A stretch of DNA of 64,000 nucleotides, from assembly GCF_009914755.1 (NCBI RefSeq), contig NC_060925.1, one strand, 5' to 3'. The position numbers were made by a program, and so were the translations under genes. Of this stretch, positions 37,301 to 50,500 are shown in pieces. Every line of letters begins with the position of its first letter. Position 1 is the first letter of the stretch. A model generated the notes under the pieces. The model made no database searches. It had not been told where the DNA came from and saw nothing but the letters and a program-made list of their open reading frames with translations. The DNA is from the human T2T-CHM13v2.0 reference genome, Homo sapiens.

Positions 37301-40300
37301 AAAGTCTGCACGTGGAAATTTTGACCACTTAGAGGCCTTCGTTGGAAACGGGTTTTTTTCATGTAAGGCTAGACAGAAGAATTCCCAGTAACTTCCTTGT
37401 GTTGTGTGCATTCAACTCACAGAGTTGAACGTTCCCTTAGACAGAGCAGATTTGAAACACTCTATTTGTGCAATTTGCAAGTGTAGATTTCAAGCGCTTT
37501 AAGGTCAACGGCAGAAAAGGAAATATCTTCGTTTCAAAACTAGACAGAATCATTCCCACAAACTGCGTTGTGATGTGTTCGTTCAACTCACAGAGTTTAA
37601 CCTTTCTGTTCATAGAGCAGTTAGGAAACACTCTGTTTGTAAAGTCTGTAAGTGGATATTCTGACATCTTGTGGCCTTCGTTGGAAACGGGATTTCTTCA
37701 TATTCTGCTAGACAGAAGAATTCTCAGTAACTTCCTTGTGTTGTGTGTATTCAACTCACAGAGTTGAACGATCCTTTACACAGAGCAGACTTGAAACACT
37801 CTTTTTGTGGAATTTGCAAGTGGAGATTTCAGCCGCTTTGAGGTCAATGGTAGAAAAGGAAACTATCTTCATATAAAGATTAGACAGAATGATTCTCAGA
37901 AAATCTTTTGTGATGTGTGCGTTCAACTCACAGACTTTAACTTTTCTTCTCATAGAGCAGTTAGGAAACACTCTGTTTGTAAAGTCTGCAAGTGGATATT
38001 CAGACCTCTTTGAGGTCTTCGTTGGAAACGGGATTTCTTCATATTATGCTAGACAGAATAATTCTCAGTAACTTCCTTGTGTTGTGTGTATTCAACTCAC
38101 AGAGTTGAAGGATCCTTTACAGAGAGCAGGCTTGAAACACTCTTTTTGTCGAATTTGCAAGTGGAGATTTCAGCCGCTTTGTGGTCAATGGTAGAATAGG
38201 AAATATCTTCTTATAGAAACTAGACAGAATGATTCTCATAAACTCCTTTGTGATGTGTGCGTTCAACTCACAGAGTTTAACCTTTCTTTTCATAGAGCAG
38301 TTAGGAAACACTCTGTTTGTAAAGTCTGCAAGTGGATATTCAGACCTCCTTGAGGCCTTCGTTGGAAACGGGATTTCTTCATATTCTGCTAGACAGAAGA
38401 ATTCTCAGTAACTTCCTTGTGTTGTGTTTATTCAACTCACAGAGTTGAATGATCCTTTACACAGAGCAGACTTGAAACACTCTTTTTGTGGAATTTGCAA
38501 GTGGAGATTTCAGCCGCTTTGAGGTCAATGGTAGAAAAGTAAATATCTTCCTATAAAGACTAGACAGAATGATTCTCAGAAACTCCTTTGTGATGTGTGC
38601 GTTCAACTCACAGAGTTTAACCTTTCTGTTCATAGAGCCGTTAGGAAACACTCTGTTTGTAAAGTCTGCAAGTGGATATTCAGACCTCTTTGAGGCCTTC
38701 GTTGGAAACGGGATTTCTTCATATTATGCTAGACAGAATAATTCTCAGTAACTTCCTTGTGTTGTGTGTATTCAACTCACAGAGTTGAACGATCCTTTAC
38801 ACAGAGCAGACTTGAAACATTCTTTTTGTGTAATTTGCAAGTGGAGATTTCAGCCGCTTTGAGGTCAATGGTAGAATAGGAAATATCTTCCTATAGAAAC
38901 TAGACAGAACGATTCTCAGAAACTCCTTTGTGATGTGTGCGTTCAACTCACAGAGTTTAACCTTTCTTTTCATAGAGCAGTTAGGAAACACTCTGTTTGT
39001 AAAGTCTGCAAGTGGATATTCAGACCTCCTTGAGGCCTTCGTTGGAAACGGGATTTCTTCATATTCTGCTAGACAGAAGAATTCTCAGTAACTTCCTTGT
39101 GTTGTGTTTATTCAACTCACAGAGTTGAATGATCCTTTACACAGAGCAGACTTGAAACACTCTTTTTGTGGAATTTGCAAGTGGAGATTTCAGCCGCTTT
39201 GAGGTCAATGGTAGAAAAGTAAATATCTTCGTATAAAGACTAGACAGAATGATTCTCAGAAACTCCTTTGTGATGTGTGCGTTCAACTCACAGAGTTTAA
39301 CCTTTCTGTTCATAGAGCTGTTAGGAAACACTCTGTTTGTAAAGTCTGCAAGTGGATATTCAGACCTCCTTTTGGCCTTCGTTGGAAACGGGATTTCTTC
39401 ATATTCTGCTAGACAGAAGAATTCTCAGTAACTTCCTTGTGTTGTGTGTATTCAACTCACAGAGTTGAACGATCCTTTACACAGAGCAGACTTGAAACAC
39501 TCTTTTTGTGGAATTTGCAAGTGGAGATTTCAGCCGCTTTGAGGTCAATAGTAGAAAAGGAAATATCTTCGTAGAAAAACTAGACAGAACGATTCTCAGA
39601 AACTCCTTTGTGATGTGTGTGTTCAACTCACAGAGTTTAACCTTTCTTTTCATAGAGCAGTTAGTAAACACTCTGTTTATAAAGTCTGCAAGTGGATATT
39701 CAGACCCCTTTGAGGCCTTCGTTGGAAACGGGATTTCTTCATATTATGCTAGACAGAAGAATTCTCAGTAACTTCCTTGTGTTGTGTGTATTCAACTGAC
39801 AGAGTTGAACTTTCATTTAGAGAGAGCAGATTTGAAACACTGTTTTTGTGGAATTTGCAAGTGGAGATTTCAAGCGCTTTGGGGCCAAAGGCAGAAAAGG
39901 AAATATCTTCGTATAAAAACTAGACAGAATCATTCTCAGAAACTGCTGCGTGATGTGTGCGTTCAACTCTCAGAGTTTAACTTTTCTTTTCATTCAGCGG
40001 TTTGGAAACACTCTGTTTGTAAAGTCTGCACGTGGAAATTTTGACCACTTAGAGGCCTTCGTTGGAAACGGGTTTTTTTCATGTAAGGCTAGACAGAAGA
40101 ATTCCCAGTAACTTCCTTGTGTTGTGTGCATTCAACTCACAGAGTTGAACGTTCCCTTAGACAGAGCAGATTTGAAAAACTCTATTTGTGCAATTTGCAA
40201 GTGTAGATTTCAAGCGCTTTAAGGTCAACGCCAGAAAAGGAAATATCTTCGTTTCAAAACTAGACAGAATCATTCCCACAAACTGCGTTGTGATGTGTTC

Positions 40301-43170
40301 GTTCAACTCACAGAGTTTAACCTTTCTGTTCATAGAGCAGTTAGGAAACACTCTGTTTGTAAAGTCTGTAAGTGGATATTCTGACATCTTGTGGCCTTCG
40401 TTGGAAACGGGATTTCTTCATATTCTGCTAGACAGAAGAATTCTCAGTAACTTCCTTGTGTTGTGTGTATTCAACTCACAGAGTTGAATGATCCTTTACA
40501 CAGAGCAGACTTGAAACACTCTTTTTGTGGAATTTGCAAGTGGAGATTTCAGCCGCTTTGAGGTCAATGGTAGAAAAGTAAATATCTTCGTATAAAGACT
40601 AGACAGAATGATTCTTAGAAACTCCTTTGTGATGTGTGCGTTCAACTCACAGAGTTTAACCTTTCTGTTCATAGAGCAGTTAGGAAACACTCTGTTTGTA
40701 AAGTCTGCAAGTGGATATTCAGACCTCCTTTAGGCCTTCGTTGGAAACGGGATTTCTTCATATTCTGCTAGACAGAAGAATTCTCAGTAACTTCCTTGTG
40801 TTGTGTGTATTCAAATCACAGAGTTGAACAATCCTTTACACAGAGCAGACTTGAAACACTCTTTTTGTGGAATTTGCAAGTGGAGATTTCAGCTGCTTTG
40901 AGGTCAATGGTAGAAAAGGAAATATCTTCGTATAAAGACTAGACAGAATGATTCTCATAAACTCCTTTGTGATGTGTGCGTTCAACTCACAGAGTTTAAC
41001 TTTTCTTTTCATAGAGCAGTTAGGAAACACTCTGTTTGTAAAGTCTGCAAGTGGATATTCAGACCTCTTTGAGACCTTCGTTGGAAACGGGATTTCTTCA
41101 TATTCTGCTAGACAGAAGAATTCTCAGTAACTTCCTTGTGTTGTGTGTATTCAACTCACAGAGTTGAACGATCCTTTACACAGAGCAGACTTGAAACATT
41201 CTTTTTGTGGAATTTGCAAGTGGAGATTTCAGCCGCTTTGAGGTCAATGGTAGAATAGGAAATATCTTCCTATAGAAACTAGACAGAACGATTCTCAGAA
41301 ACTCCTTTGTGATGTGTGCGTTCAACTCACAGAGTTTAACCTTTCTTTTCATAGAGCAGTTAGGAAACACTCTGTTTGTAAAGTCTGCAAGTGGATATTC
41401 AGACCTCTTTGAGGCCTTCGTTGGAAACGGGATTTCTTCATATTCTGCTAGACAGAAGAATTCTCAGTAACTTCCTTGTGTTGTGTGTATTCAACTCACG
41501 GAGTTGAACGATCCTTTACACAGAGCAGACTTGAAACACTCTTTTTGTGGAATTTGCAAGTGGAGATTTCAGCCGCTTTGAGGTCAATAGTAGAAAAGGA
41601 AATATCTTCGTAGAAAAACTAGACAGAATGATTCTCAGAAACTCCTTTGTGATGTGTGTGTTCAACTCACAGAGTTTAACCTTTCTTTTCATAGAGCAGT
41701 TAGTAAACACTCTGTTTGTAAAGTCTGCAAGTGGATATTCAGACCCCTTTGAGGCCTTCGTTGGAAACGGGATTTCTTCATATTATGCTAGACAGAAGAA
41801 TTCTCAGTAACTTCCTTGTGTTGTGTGTATTCAACTGACAGAGTTGAACTTTCATTTAGAGAGAGCAGATTTGAAACACTGTTTTTGTGGAATTTGCAAG
41901 TGGAGATTTCAAGCGCTTTGGGGCCAAAGGCAGAAAAGGAAATATCTTCGTATAAAAACTAGACAGAATCATTCTCAGAAACTGCTGCGTGATGTGTGCG
42001 TTCAACTCTCAGAGTTTAACTTTTCTTTTCATTCAGCGGTTTGGAAACACTCTGTTTGTAAAGTCTGCACGTGGAAATTTTGACCACTTAGAGGCCTTCG
42101 TTGGAAACGGGATTTTTTCATGTAAGGCTAGACAGAAGAATTCCCCGTAACTTCCTTGTGTTGTGTGCATTCAACTCACAGAGTTGAACGTTCCCTTAGA
42201 CAGAGCAGATTTGAAACACTCTATTTGTGCAATTTGCAAGTGTAGTTTTCAAGCTCTTTAAGGTCAACGGCAGAAAAGGAAATATCTTCGTTTCAAAACT
42301 AGACAGAATCATTCCCACAAACTGCGTTGTGATGTGTTCGTTCAACTCACAGAGTTTAACCTTTCTGTTCATAGAGCAGTTAGGAAACACTCTGTTTGTA
42401 AAGTCTGTAAGTGGATATTCTGACATCTTGTGGCCTTCGTTGGAAACGGGATTTCTTCATATTCTGCTAGACAGAAGAATTCTCAGTAACTTCCTTGTGT
42501 TGTGTGTATTCAACTCACAGAGTTGAATGATCCTTTACACAGAGCAGACATGAAACACTCTTTTTGTGGAATTTGCAAGTGGAGATTTCAGCCGCTTTGA
42601 GGTCAATGGTAGAAAAGTAAATATCTTCGTATAAAGACTAGACAGAATGATTCTTAGAAACTCCTTTGTGATGTGTGCGTTCAACTCACAGAGTTTAACC
42701 TTTCTGTTCATAGAGCAGTTAGGAAACACTCTGTTTGTAAAGTCTGCAAGTGGATATTCAGACCTCCTTTAGGCCTTCGTTGGAAACGGGATTTCTTCAT
42801 ATTCTGCTAGACAGAAGAATTCTCAGTAACTTCCTTGTGTTGTGTGTATTCAACTCACAGAGTTGAACGATCCTTTACACAGAGCAGACTTGAAACACTC
42901 TTTTTGTGGAATTTGCAAGTGGAGATTTCAGCCGCTTTGAGGTCAATGGTAGAAAAGGGAATATCTTCGTATAAAGACTAGACAGAATGATTCTCATAAA
43001 CTCCTTTGTGATGTGTGCGTTCAACTCACAGAGTTTAACTTTTCTTATCATAGAGCAGTTAGGAAACACTCTGTTTGTAAAGTCTGCAAGTGGATATTCA
43101 GACCTCTTTGAGGCCTTCGTTGGAAACGGGATTTCTTCATATTCTGCTAGACAGAAGAATTCTCAGTAAC

Positions 43171-44530
43171 TTCCTTGTGTTGTGTGTATTCAACTCACAG
43201 AGTTGAACGATCCTTTACACAGAGCAGACTTGAAACATTCTTTTTGTGGAATTTGCAAGTGGAGATTTCAGCCGCTTTGAGGTCAATGGTAGAATAGGAA
43301 ATATCTTCCTATAGAAACTAGACAGAACGATTCTCAGAAACTCCTTTGTGATGTGTGCGTTCAACTCACAGAGTTTAACCTTTCTTTTCATAGAGCAGTT
43401 AGGAAACACTCTGTTTGTAAAGTCTGCAAGTGGATATTCAGACCTCCTTGAGGCCTTCGTTGGAAACGGGATTTCTTCATATTCTGCTAGACAGAAGAAT
43501 TCTCAGTAACTTCCTTGTGTTGTGTGTATTCAACTCACAGAGTTGAACGATCCTTTACACAGAGCAGACTTGAAACACTCTTTTTGTGGAATTTGCAAGT
43601 GGAGATTTCAGCCGCTTTGAGGTCAATAGTAGAAAAGGAAATATCTTCGTAGAAAAACTAGACAGAATGATTCTCAGAAACTCCTTTGTGATGTGTGTGT
43701 TCAACTCACAGAGTTTAACCTTTCTTTTCATAGAGCAGTTAGTAAACACTCTGTTTATAAAGTCTGCAAGTGGATATTCAGACCCCTTTGAGGCCTTCGT
43801 TGGAAACGGGATTTCTTCATATTATGCTAGACAGAAGAATTCTCAGTAACTTCCTTGTGTTGTGTGTATTCAACTCACAGAGTTGAACGATCCTTTACAC
43901 AGAGCAGACTTGAAACATTCTTTTTGTGGAATTTGCAAGTGGAGATTTCAGCCGCTTTGAGGTCAATGGTAGAATAGGAAATATCTTCCTATAGAAACTA
44001 GACAGAACGATTCTCAGAAACTCCTTTGTGATGTGTGCGTTCAACTCACAGAGTTTAACCTTTCTTTTCATAGAGCAGTTAGGAAACACTCTGTTTGTAA
44101 AGTCTGCAAGTGGATATTCAGACCTCCTTGAGGCCTTCGTTGGAAACGGGATTTCTTCATATTCTGCTAGACAGAAGAATTCTCAGTAACTTCCTTGTGT
44201 TGTGTGTATTCAACTCACAGAGTTGAACGATCCTTTACACAGAGCAGACTTGAAACACTCTTTTTGTGGAATTTGCAAGTGGAGATTTCAGCCGCTTTGA
44301 GGTCAATAGTAGAAAAGGAAATATCTTCGTAGAAAAACTAGACAGAATGATTCTCAGAAACTCCTTTGTGATGTGTGTGTTCAACTCACAGAGTTTAACC
44401 TTTCTTTTCATAGAGCAGTTAGTAAACACTCTGTTTATAAAGTCTGCAAGTGGATATTCAGACCCCTTTGAGGCCTTCGTTGGAAACGGGATTTCTTCAT
44501 ATTATGCTAGACAGAAGAATTCTCAGTAAC
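43171..44530 (+). repeat. 680-bp tandem duplication (H-A-H-A)
   Basis: Identical translated ORFs at 43215/43895 and 43555/44235; both H copies end with gacctccttg. Confidence 0.8.
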
Positions 44531-47500
44531 TTCCTTGTGTTGTGTGTATTCAACTGACAGAGTTGAACTTTCATTTAGAGAGAGCAGATTTGAAACACTG
44601 TTTTTGTGGAATTTGCAAGTGGAGATTTCAAGCGCTTTGGGGCCAAAGGCAGAAAAGGAAATATCTTCGTATAAAAACTAGACAGAATCATTCTCAGAAA
44701 CTGCTGCGTGATGTGTGCGTTCAACTCTCAGAGTTTAACTTTTCTTTTCATTCAGCGGTTTGGAAACACTCTGTTTGTAAAGTCTGCACGTGGAAATTTT
44801 GACCACTTAGAGGCCTTCGTTGGAAACGGGTTTTTTTCATGTAAGGCTAGACAGAAGAATTCCCAGTAACTTCCTTGTGTTGTGTGCATTCAACTCACAG
44901 AGTTGAACGTTCCCTTAGACAGAGCAGATTTGAAACACTCTATTTGTGCAATTTGCAAGTGTAGATTTCAAGCGCTTTAAGGTCAACGGCAGAAAAGGAA
45001 ATATCTTCGTTTCAAAACTAGACAGAATCATTCCCACAAACTGCGTTGTGATGTGTTCGTTCAACTCACAGAGTTTAACCTTTCTGTTCATAGAGCAGTT
45101 AGGAAACACTCTGTTTGTAAAGTCTGTAAGTGGATATTCTGACATCTTGTGGCCTTCGTTGGAAACGGGATTTCTTCATATTCTGCTAGACAGAAGAATT
45201 CTCAGTAACTTCCTTGTGTTGTGTGTATTCAACTCACAGAGTTGAACGATCCTTTACACAGAGCAGACTTGAAACACTCTTTTTGTGGAATTTGCAAGTG
45301 GAGATTTCAGCCGCTTTGAGGTCAATGGTAGAAAAGGAAACTATCTTCATATAAAGATTAGACAGAATGATTCTCAGAAAATCTTTTGTGATGTGTGCGT
45401 TCAACTCACAGAGTTTAACTTTTCTTCTCATAGAGCAGTTAGGAAACACTCTGTTTGTAAAGTCTGCAAGTGGATATTCAGACCTCTTTGAGGTCTTCGT
45501 TGGAAACGGGATTTCTTCATATTATGCTAGACAGAATAATTCTCAGTAACTTCCTTGTGTTGTGTGTATTCAACTCACAGAGTTGAAGGATCCTTTACAG
45601 AGAGCAGGCTTGAAACACTCTTTTTGTCGAATTTGCAAGTGGAGATTTCAGCCGCTTTGTGGTCAATGGTAGAATAGGAAATATCTTCTTATAGAAACTA
45701 GACAGAATGATTCTCATAAACTCCTTTGTGATGTGTGCGTTCAACTCACAGAGTTTAACCTTTCTTTTCATAGAGCAGTTAGGAAACACTCTGTTTGTAA
45801 AGTCTGCAAGTGGATATTCAGACCTCCTTGAGGCCTTCGTTGGAAACGGGATTTCTTCATATTCTGCTAGACAGAAGAATTCTCAGTAACTTCCTTGTGT
45901 TGTGTTTATTCAACTCACAGAGTTGAATGATCCTTTACACAGAGCAGACTTGAAACACTCTTTTTGTGGAATTTGCAAGTGGAGATTTCAGCCGCTTTGA
46001 GGTCAATGGTAGAAAAGTAAATATCTTCCTATAAAGACTAGACAGAATGATTCTCAGAAACTCCTTTGTGATGTGTGCGTTCAACTCACAGAGTTTAACC
46101 TTTCTGTTCATAGAGCCGTTAGGAAACACTCTGTTTGTAAAGTCTGCAAGTGGATATTCAGACCTCTTTGAGGCCTTCGTTGGAAACGGGATTTCTTCAT
46201 ATTATGCTAGACAGAAGAATTCTCAGTAACTTCCTTGTGTTGTGTGTATTCAACTCACAGAGTTGAACGATCCTTTACACAGAGCAGACTTGAAACATTC
46301 TTTTTGTGGAATTTGCAAGTGGAGATTTCAGCCGCTTTGAGGTCAATGGTAGAATAGGAAATATCTTCCAATAGAAACTAGACAGAACGATTCTCAGAAA
46401 CTCCTTTGTGATGTGTGCGTTCAACTCACAGAGTTTAACCTTTCTTTTCATAGAGCAGTTAGGAAACACTCTGTTTGTAAAGTCTGCAAGTGGATATTCA
46501 GACCTCCTTGAGGCCTTCGTTGGAAACGGGATTTCTTCATATTCTGCTAGACAGAAGAATTCTCAGTAACTTCCTTGTGTTGTGTTTATTCAACTCACAG
46601 AGTTGAATGATCCTTTACACAGAGCAGACTTGAAACACTCTTTTTGTGGAATTTGCAAGTGGAGATTTCAGCCGCTTTGAGGTCAATGGTAGAAAAGTAA
46701 ATATCTTCGTATAAAGACTAGACAGAATGATTCTCAGAAACTCCTTTGTGATGTGTGCGTTCAACTCACAGAGTTTAACCTTTCTGTTCATAGAGCTGTT
46801 AGGAAACACTCTGTTTGTAAAGTCTGCAAGTGGATATTCAGACCTCCTTTAGGCCTTCGTTGGAAACGGGATTTCTTCATATTCTGCTAGACAGAAGAAT
46901 TCTCAGTAACTTCCTTGTGTTGTGTGTATTCAACTGACAGAGTTGAACTTTCATTTAGAGAGAGCAGATTTGAAACACTGTTTTTGTGGAATTTGCAAGT
47001 GGAGATTTCAAGCGCTTTGGGGCCAAAGGCAGAAAAGGAAATATCTTCGTATAAAAACTAGACAGAATCATTCTCAGAAACTGCTGCGTGATGTGTGCGT
47101 TCAACTCTCAGAGTTTAACTTTTCTTTTCATTCAGCGATTTGGAAACACTCTGTTTGTAAAGTCTGCACGTGGAAATTTTGACCACTTAGAGGCCTTCGT
47201 TGGAAACGGGTTTTTTTCATGTAAGGCTAGACAGAAGAATTCCCAGTAACTTCCTTGTGTTGTGTGCATTCAACTCACAGAGTTGAACGTTCCCTTAGAC
47301 AGAGCAGATTTGAAAAACTCTATTTGTGCAATTTGCAAGTGTAGATTTCAAGCGCTTTAAGGTCAACGGCAGAAAAGGAAATATCTTCGTTTCAAAACTA
47401 GACAGAATCATTCCCACAAACTGCGTTGTGATGTGTTCGTTCAACTCACAGAGTTTAACCTTTCTGTTCATAGAGCAGTTAGGAAACACTCTGTTTGTAA

Positions 47501-50500
47501 AGTCTGTAAGTGGATATTCTGACATCTTGTGGCCTTCGTTGGAAACGGGATTTCTTCATATTCTGCTAGACAGAAGAATTCTCAGTAACTTCCTTGTGTT
47601 GTGTGTATTCAACTCACAGAGTTGAATGATCCTTTACACAGAGCAGACTTGAAACACTCTTTTTGTGGAATTTGCAAGTGGAGATTTCAGCCGCTTTGAG
47701 GTCAGTGGTAGAAAAGTAAATATCTTCGTATAAAGACTAGACAGAATGATTCTTAGAAACTCCTTTGTGATGTGTGCGTTCAACTCACAGAGTTTAACCT
47801 TTCTGTTCATAGAGCAGTTAGGAAACACTCTGTTTGTAAAGTCTGCAAGTGGATATTCAGACCTCCTTTAGGCCTTCGTTGGAAACGGGATTTCTTCATA
47901 TTCTGCTAGACAGAAGAATTCTCAGTAACTTCCTTGTGTTGTGTGTATTCAACTCACAGAGTTGAACAATCCTTTACACAGAGCAGACTTGAAACACTCT
48001 TTTTGTGGAATTTGCAAGTGGAGATTTCAGCCGCTTTGAGGTCAATGGTAGAAAAGGAAATATCTTCGTAGAAAAACTAGACAGAATGATTCTCATAAAC
48101 TCCTTTGTGATGTGTGCGTTCAACTCACAGAGTTTAACTTTTCTTTTCATAGAGCAGTTAGGAAACACTCTGTTTGTAAAGTCTGCAAGTGGATATTCAG
48201 ACCTCTTTGAGGCCTTCGTTGGAAACGGGATTTCTTCATATTCTGCTAGACAGAAGAATTCTCAGTAACTTCCTTGTGTTGTGTGTATTCAACTCACAGA
48301 GTTGAACGATCCTTTACACAGAGCAGACTTGAAACATTCTTTTTGTGGTATTTGCAAGTGGAGATTTCAGCCGCTTTGAGGTCAATGGTAGAATAGGAAA
48401 TATCTTCCTATAGAAACTAGACAGAACGATTCTCAGAAACTCCTTTGTGATGTGTGCGTTCAACTCACAGAGTTTAACCTTTCTTTTCATAGAGCAGTTA
48501 GGAAACACTCTGTTTGTAAAGTCTGCAAGTGGATATTCAGACCTCTTTGAGGCCTTCGTTGGAAACGGGATTTCTTCATATTCTGCTAGACAGAAGAATT
48601 CTCAGTAACTTCCTTGTGTTGTGTGTATTCAACTCACAGAGTTGAACGATCCTTTACACAGAGCAGACTTGAAACACTCTTTTTGTGGAATTTGGAAGTG
48701 GAGATTTCAGCCGCTTTGAGGTCAGTAGTAGAAAAGGAAATATCTTCGTAGAAAAACTAGACAGAATGATTCTCAGAAACTCCTTTGTGATGTGTGTGTT
48801 CAACTCACAGAGTTTAACCATTCTTTTCATAGAGCAGTTAGTAAACACTCTGTTTATAAAGTCTGCAAGTGGATATTCAGACCCCTTTGAGGCCTTCGTT
48901 GGAAACGGGATTTCTTCATATTCTGCTAGACAGAAGAATTCTCAGTAACTTCCTTGTGTTGTGTGTATTCAACTGACAGAGTTGAACTTTCATTTAGAGA
49001 GAGCAGATTTGAAACACTGTTTTTGTGGAATTTGCAAGTGGAGATTTCAAGCGCTTTGGGGCCAAAGGCAGAAAAGGAAATATCTTCGTATAAAAACTAG
49101 ACAGAATCATTCTCAGAAACTGCTGCGTGATGTGTGCGTTCAACTCTCAGAGTTTAACTTTTCTTTTCATTCAGCGGTTTGGAAACACTCTGTTTGTAAA
49201 GTCTGCACGTGGAAATTTTGACCACTTAGAGGCCTTCGTTGGAAACGGGTTTTTTTCATGTAAGGCTAGACAGAAGAATTCCCAGTAACTTCCTTGTGTT
49301 GTGTGCATTCAACTCACAGAGTTGAACGTTCCCTTAGACAGAGCAGATTTGAAACACTCTATTTGTGCAATTTGCAAGTGTAGATTTCAAGCGCTTTAAG
49401 GTCAACGGCAGAAAAGGAAATATCTTCGTTTCAAAACTAGACAGAATCATTCCCACAAACTGCGTTGTGATGTGTTCGTTCAACTCACAGAGTTTAACCT
49501 TTCTGTTCATAGAGCAGTTAGGAAACACTCTGTTTGTAAAGTCTGTAAGTGGATATTCTGACATCTTGTGGCCTTCGTTGGAAACGGGATTTCTTCATAT
49601 TCTGCTAGACAGAAGAATTCTCAGTAACTTCCTTGTGTTGCGTGTATTCAACTCACAGAGTTGAACGATCCTTTACACAGAGCAGACTTGAAACACTCTT
49701 TTTGTGGAATTTGCAAGTGGAGATTTCAGCCGCTTTGAGGTCAATGGTAGAAAAGTAAATATCTTCGTATAAAGACTAGACAGAATGATTCTTAGAAACT
49801 CCTTTGTGATGTGTGCGTTCAACTCACAGAGTTTAACCTTTCTGTTCATAGAGCAGTTAGGAAACACTCTGTTTGTAAAGTCTGCAAGTGGATATTCAGA
49901 CCTCCTTTAGGCCTTCGTTGGAAACGGGATTTCTTCATATTCTGCTAGACAGAAGAATTCTCAGTAACTTCCTTGTGTTGTGTGTATTCAACTCACAGAG
50001 TTGAACAATCCTTTACACAGAGCAGACTTGAAACACTCTTTTTGTGGAATTTGCAAGTGGAGATTTCAGCCGCTTTGTGGTCAATGGTAGAAAAGGAAAT
50101 ATCTTCGTATAAAGACTAGACAGAATGATTCTCATAAACTCCTTTGTGATGTGTGCGTTCAACTCACAGAGTTTAACTTTTCTTTTCATAGAGCAGTTAG
50201 GAAACACTCTGTTTGTAAAGTCTGCAAGTGGATATTCAGACCTCTTTGAGGCCTTCGTTGGAAACGGGATTTCTTCATATTCTGCTAGACAGAAGAATTC
50301 TCAGTAACTTCCTTGTGTTGTGTGTATTCAACTCACAGAGTTGAACGATCCTTTACACAGAGCAGACTTGAAACATTCTTTTTGTGGAATTTGCAAGTGG
50401 AGATTTCAGCCGCTTTGAGGTCAATGGTAGAATAGGAAATATCTTCCTATAGAAACTAGACAGAACGATTCTCAGAAACTCCTTTGTGATGTGTGCGTTC

